The notes under the pieces: model-generated | What the model was told of the DNA's origin: nothing | Database searches by the model: none | Seen by the model: the letters and a program-made list of their open reading frames with translations, nothing else | From: Bryobacteraceae bacterium | Lineage (GTDB): Bacteria > Acidobacteriota > Terriglobia > Bryobacterales > Bryobacteraceae | NCBI GenBank assembly: GCA_037190045.1 | Contig: JBBCIQ010000004.1 | Location: 814,251-878,250, forward strand | DNA: 64,000 bases | Direction: 5' to 3' | Program-made: the position numbers and the translations under genes | In this document: piece after piece, positions 63,226 to 64,000 of the stretch | How the letters are laid out: each line of letters opens with the position of its first letter | Position numbering within the stretch: position 1 is the first letter of the stretch

Positions 63226-64000
63226 GCACTATATAGCCAGTCAGGATACCGCTCACGGATAGCCGCTGTCTTTTTGCCCACAATGTAAATGCCATCCCCC
63301 CGCAGTGTTGTATCCACACCGTTTTTCTTCAGGAGTGCCTGGGTCGAGTCCAGTTCCGAATGCGGATCATCGTTGAACGGACCTGTTTCGAGCAGGGTGA
63401 CATCAAAGCCTGCATAGTGAAACAGAAGATAAGCCTCCCGCGCGGCATATTCACGGTTGTGCCGGGAGTCTCCTTTCTCAAGAGCCGACGGTTTGAGATA
63501 AGCCGGAAAGAATCCTGGATGGTATCCATGGATGATTGCGTGAATCGCCCTCAGGCTGGCGATATTCGGAGTTGTCAGTACCAGATGGCCACCAGGTTTG
63601 AGGATGCGATTGATCTCCGACATCATGTGCATTGGATCACTTGGTAAATGCTCCACCAGTTCACAGCAGAGCACTGTGTCAAATGATTCATCTGCATAAG
63701 GGAATATATCCCGCTCTGCATCGAACAGATCAACCTTACAGGAGAATGTGCGTCCATCACTGGAAATAACTTCTTTTTGTTCGGTGATTCCCAGCTCTCC
63801 GTAATAACAGCCTCGTACTTCGCCGTATCCCATCTGATACTGCAAAGTGGGGGTGATGTGCATGTAGGCTCCCATTTCCAGGACCCGTTCGCCAGCGGTG
63901 CCACGCGGGGTGTATTCCAGTGTCTGAACCAGGCGTCGAAGATGCGAGTGGACATAACTACCGGGAGAAACATCTGTCCACTGCCTGATTTCCGCCTCAA
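63222..64000 (-). CDS. Class I SAM-dependent methyltransferase (5' end beyond the window)
   Basis: My hand translation upstream of the track start (63875) found no stop to position 63998 (...TAGERVLEMGAYMH...), so the gene runs off the right edge. Motif I-like VLEMGAY, FDTVLCCELVEHL and LKPGGHLVLTTPN. Confidence 0.8.
   Translation of the reverse strand, partial: EAEIRQWTDVSPGSYVHSHLRRLVQTLEYTPRGTAGERVLEMGAYMHITPTLQYQMGYGEVRGCYYGELGITEQKEVISSDGRTFSCKVDLFDAERDIFPYADESFDTVLCCELVEHLPSDPMHMMSEINRILKPGGHLVLTTPNIASLRAIHAIIHGYHPGFFPAYLKPSALEKGDSRHNREYAAREAYLLFHYAGFDVTLLETGPFNDDPHSELDSTQALLKKNGVDTTLRGDGIYIVGKKTAAIRERYPDWLYSA

Noticed and set aside
1-64000. A scan for CRISPR repeats, tRNA/rRNA genes, IS elements, integrases, toxin-antitoxin pairs and known defence-system genes.
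   Set aside because: None was recognised. All gaps longer than about 120 nt were read by eye and contain no regularly spaced direct repeats or cloverleaf-like sequences. This was a visual scan only, and an Infernal/tRNAscan run would be needed for certainty.

Overview
Gene-dense chromosomal segment with about 55 protein-coding genes. I recognised no rRNA, tRNA, CRISPR array, transposase, integrase or phage genes. All family calls come from reading motifs in the supplied translations by eye; no BLAST or HMM search was run. The content points to an Acidobacteriota-like genome: an ADOP-type duplicated FtsX permease, TIGR03437-like secreted proteins, two sigma-54 activators, Tat-signal oxidoreductases and GH2/GH29/CBM9-like carbohydrate genes. 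Housekeeping genes include an ATP-dependent DNA ligase, family-5 uracil-DNA glycosylase, hemH, cstA plus a small YbdD-like ORF missing from the ORF track, bamA-skp, hrcA, grpE-dnaJ, nfo and leuS. The best candidate for an undescribed system is at 9.8-15.3 kb. There, a 10/10 match to the fixed positions of the sigma-54 promoter consensus (TGGCAC-N5-TTGC), with two GGCAC-NN-GTGCC dyads upstream, points at an operon of rnk, a divergent orphan MreB paralogue and an OFA-type MFS transporter. This operon sits back-to-back with an intramembrane histidine kinase and an NtrC-type activator, and a weaker sigma-54-like promoter precedes the tandem USP gene downstream of them. Other items worth a second look: (1) an eight-gene, translationally coupled minus-strand string mixing sugar-activation enzymes, secreted proteins, a CHASE2 kinase, a sigma-54 activator and an ADOP permease; (2) an AT-richer Gtr-like glycosylation pair (GT2-GtrA fusion plus a large multi-TM protein); (3) two AT-richer tandem secreted paralogues followed by AraC and SDR genes; (4) an hrcA / grpE-dnaJ locus that lacks dnaK and is interrupted by an AT-rich opposite-strand hydrolase; (5) a Tat-signal DegT aminotransferase; (6) several -10-like hexamers placed 6-13 nt before start codons, suggesting leaderless or near-leaderless mRNAs. 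Only one convincing intrinsic terminator was seen, after skp.
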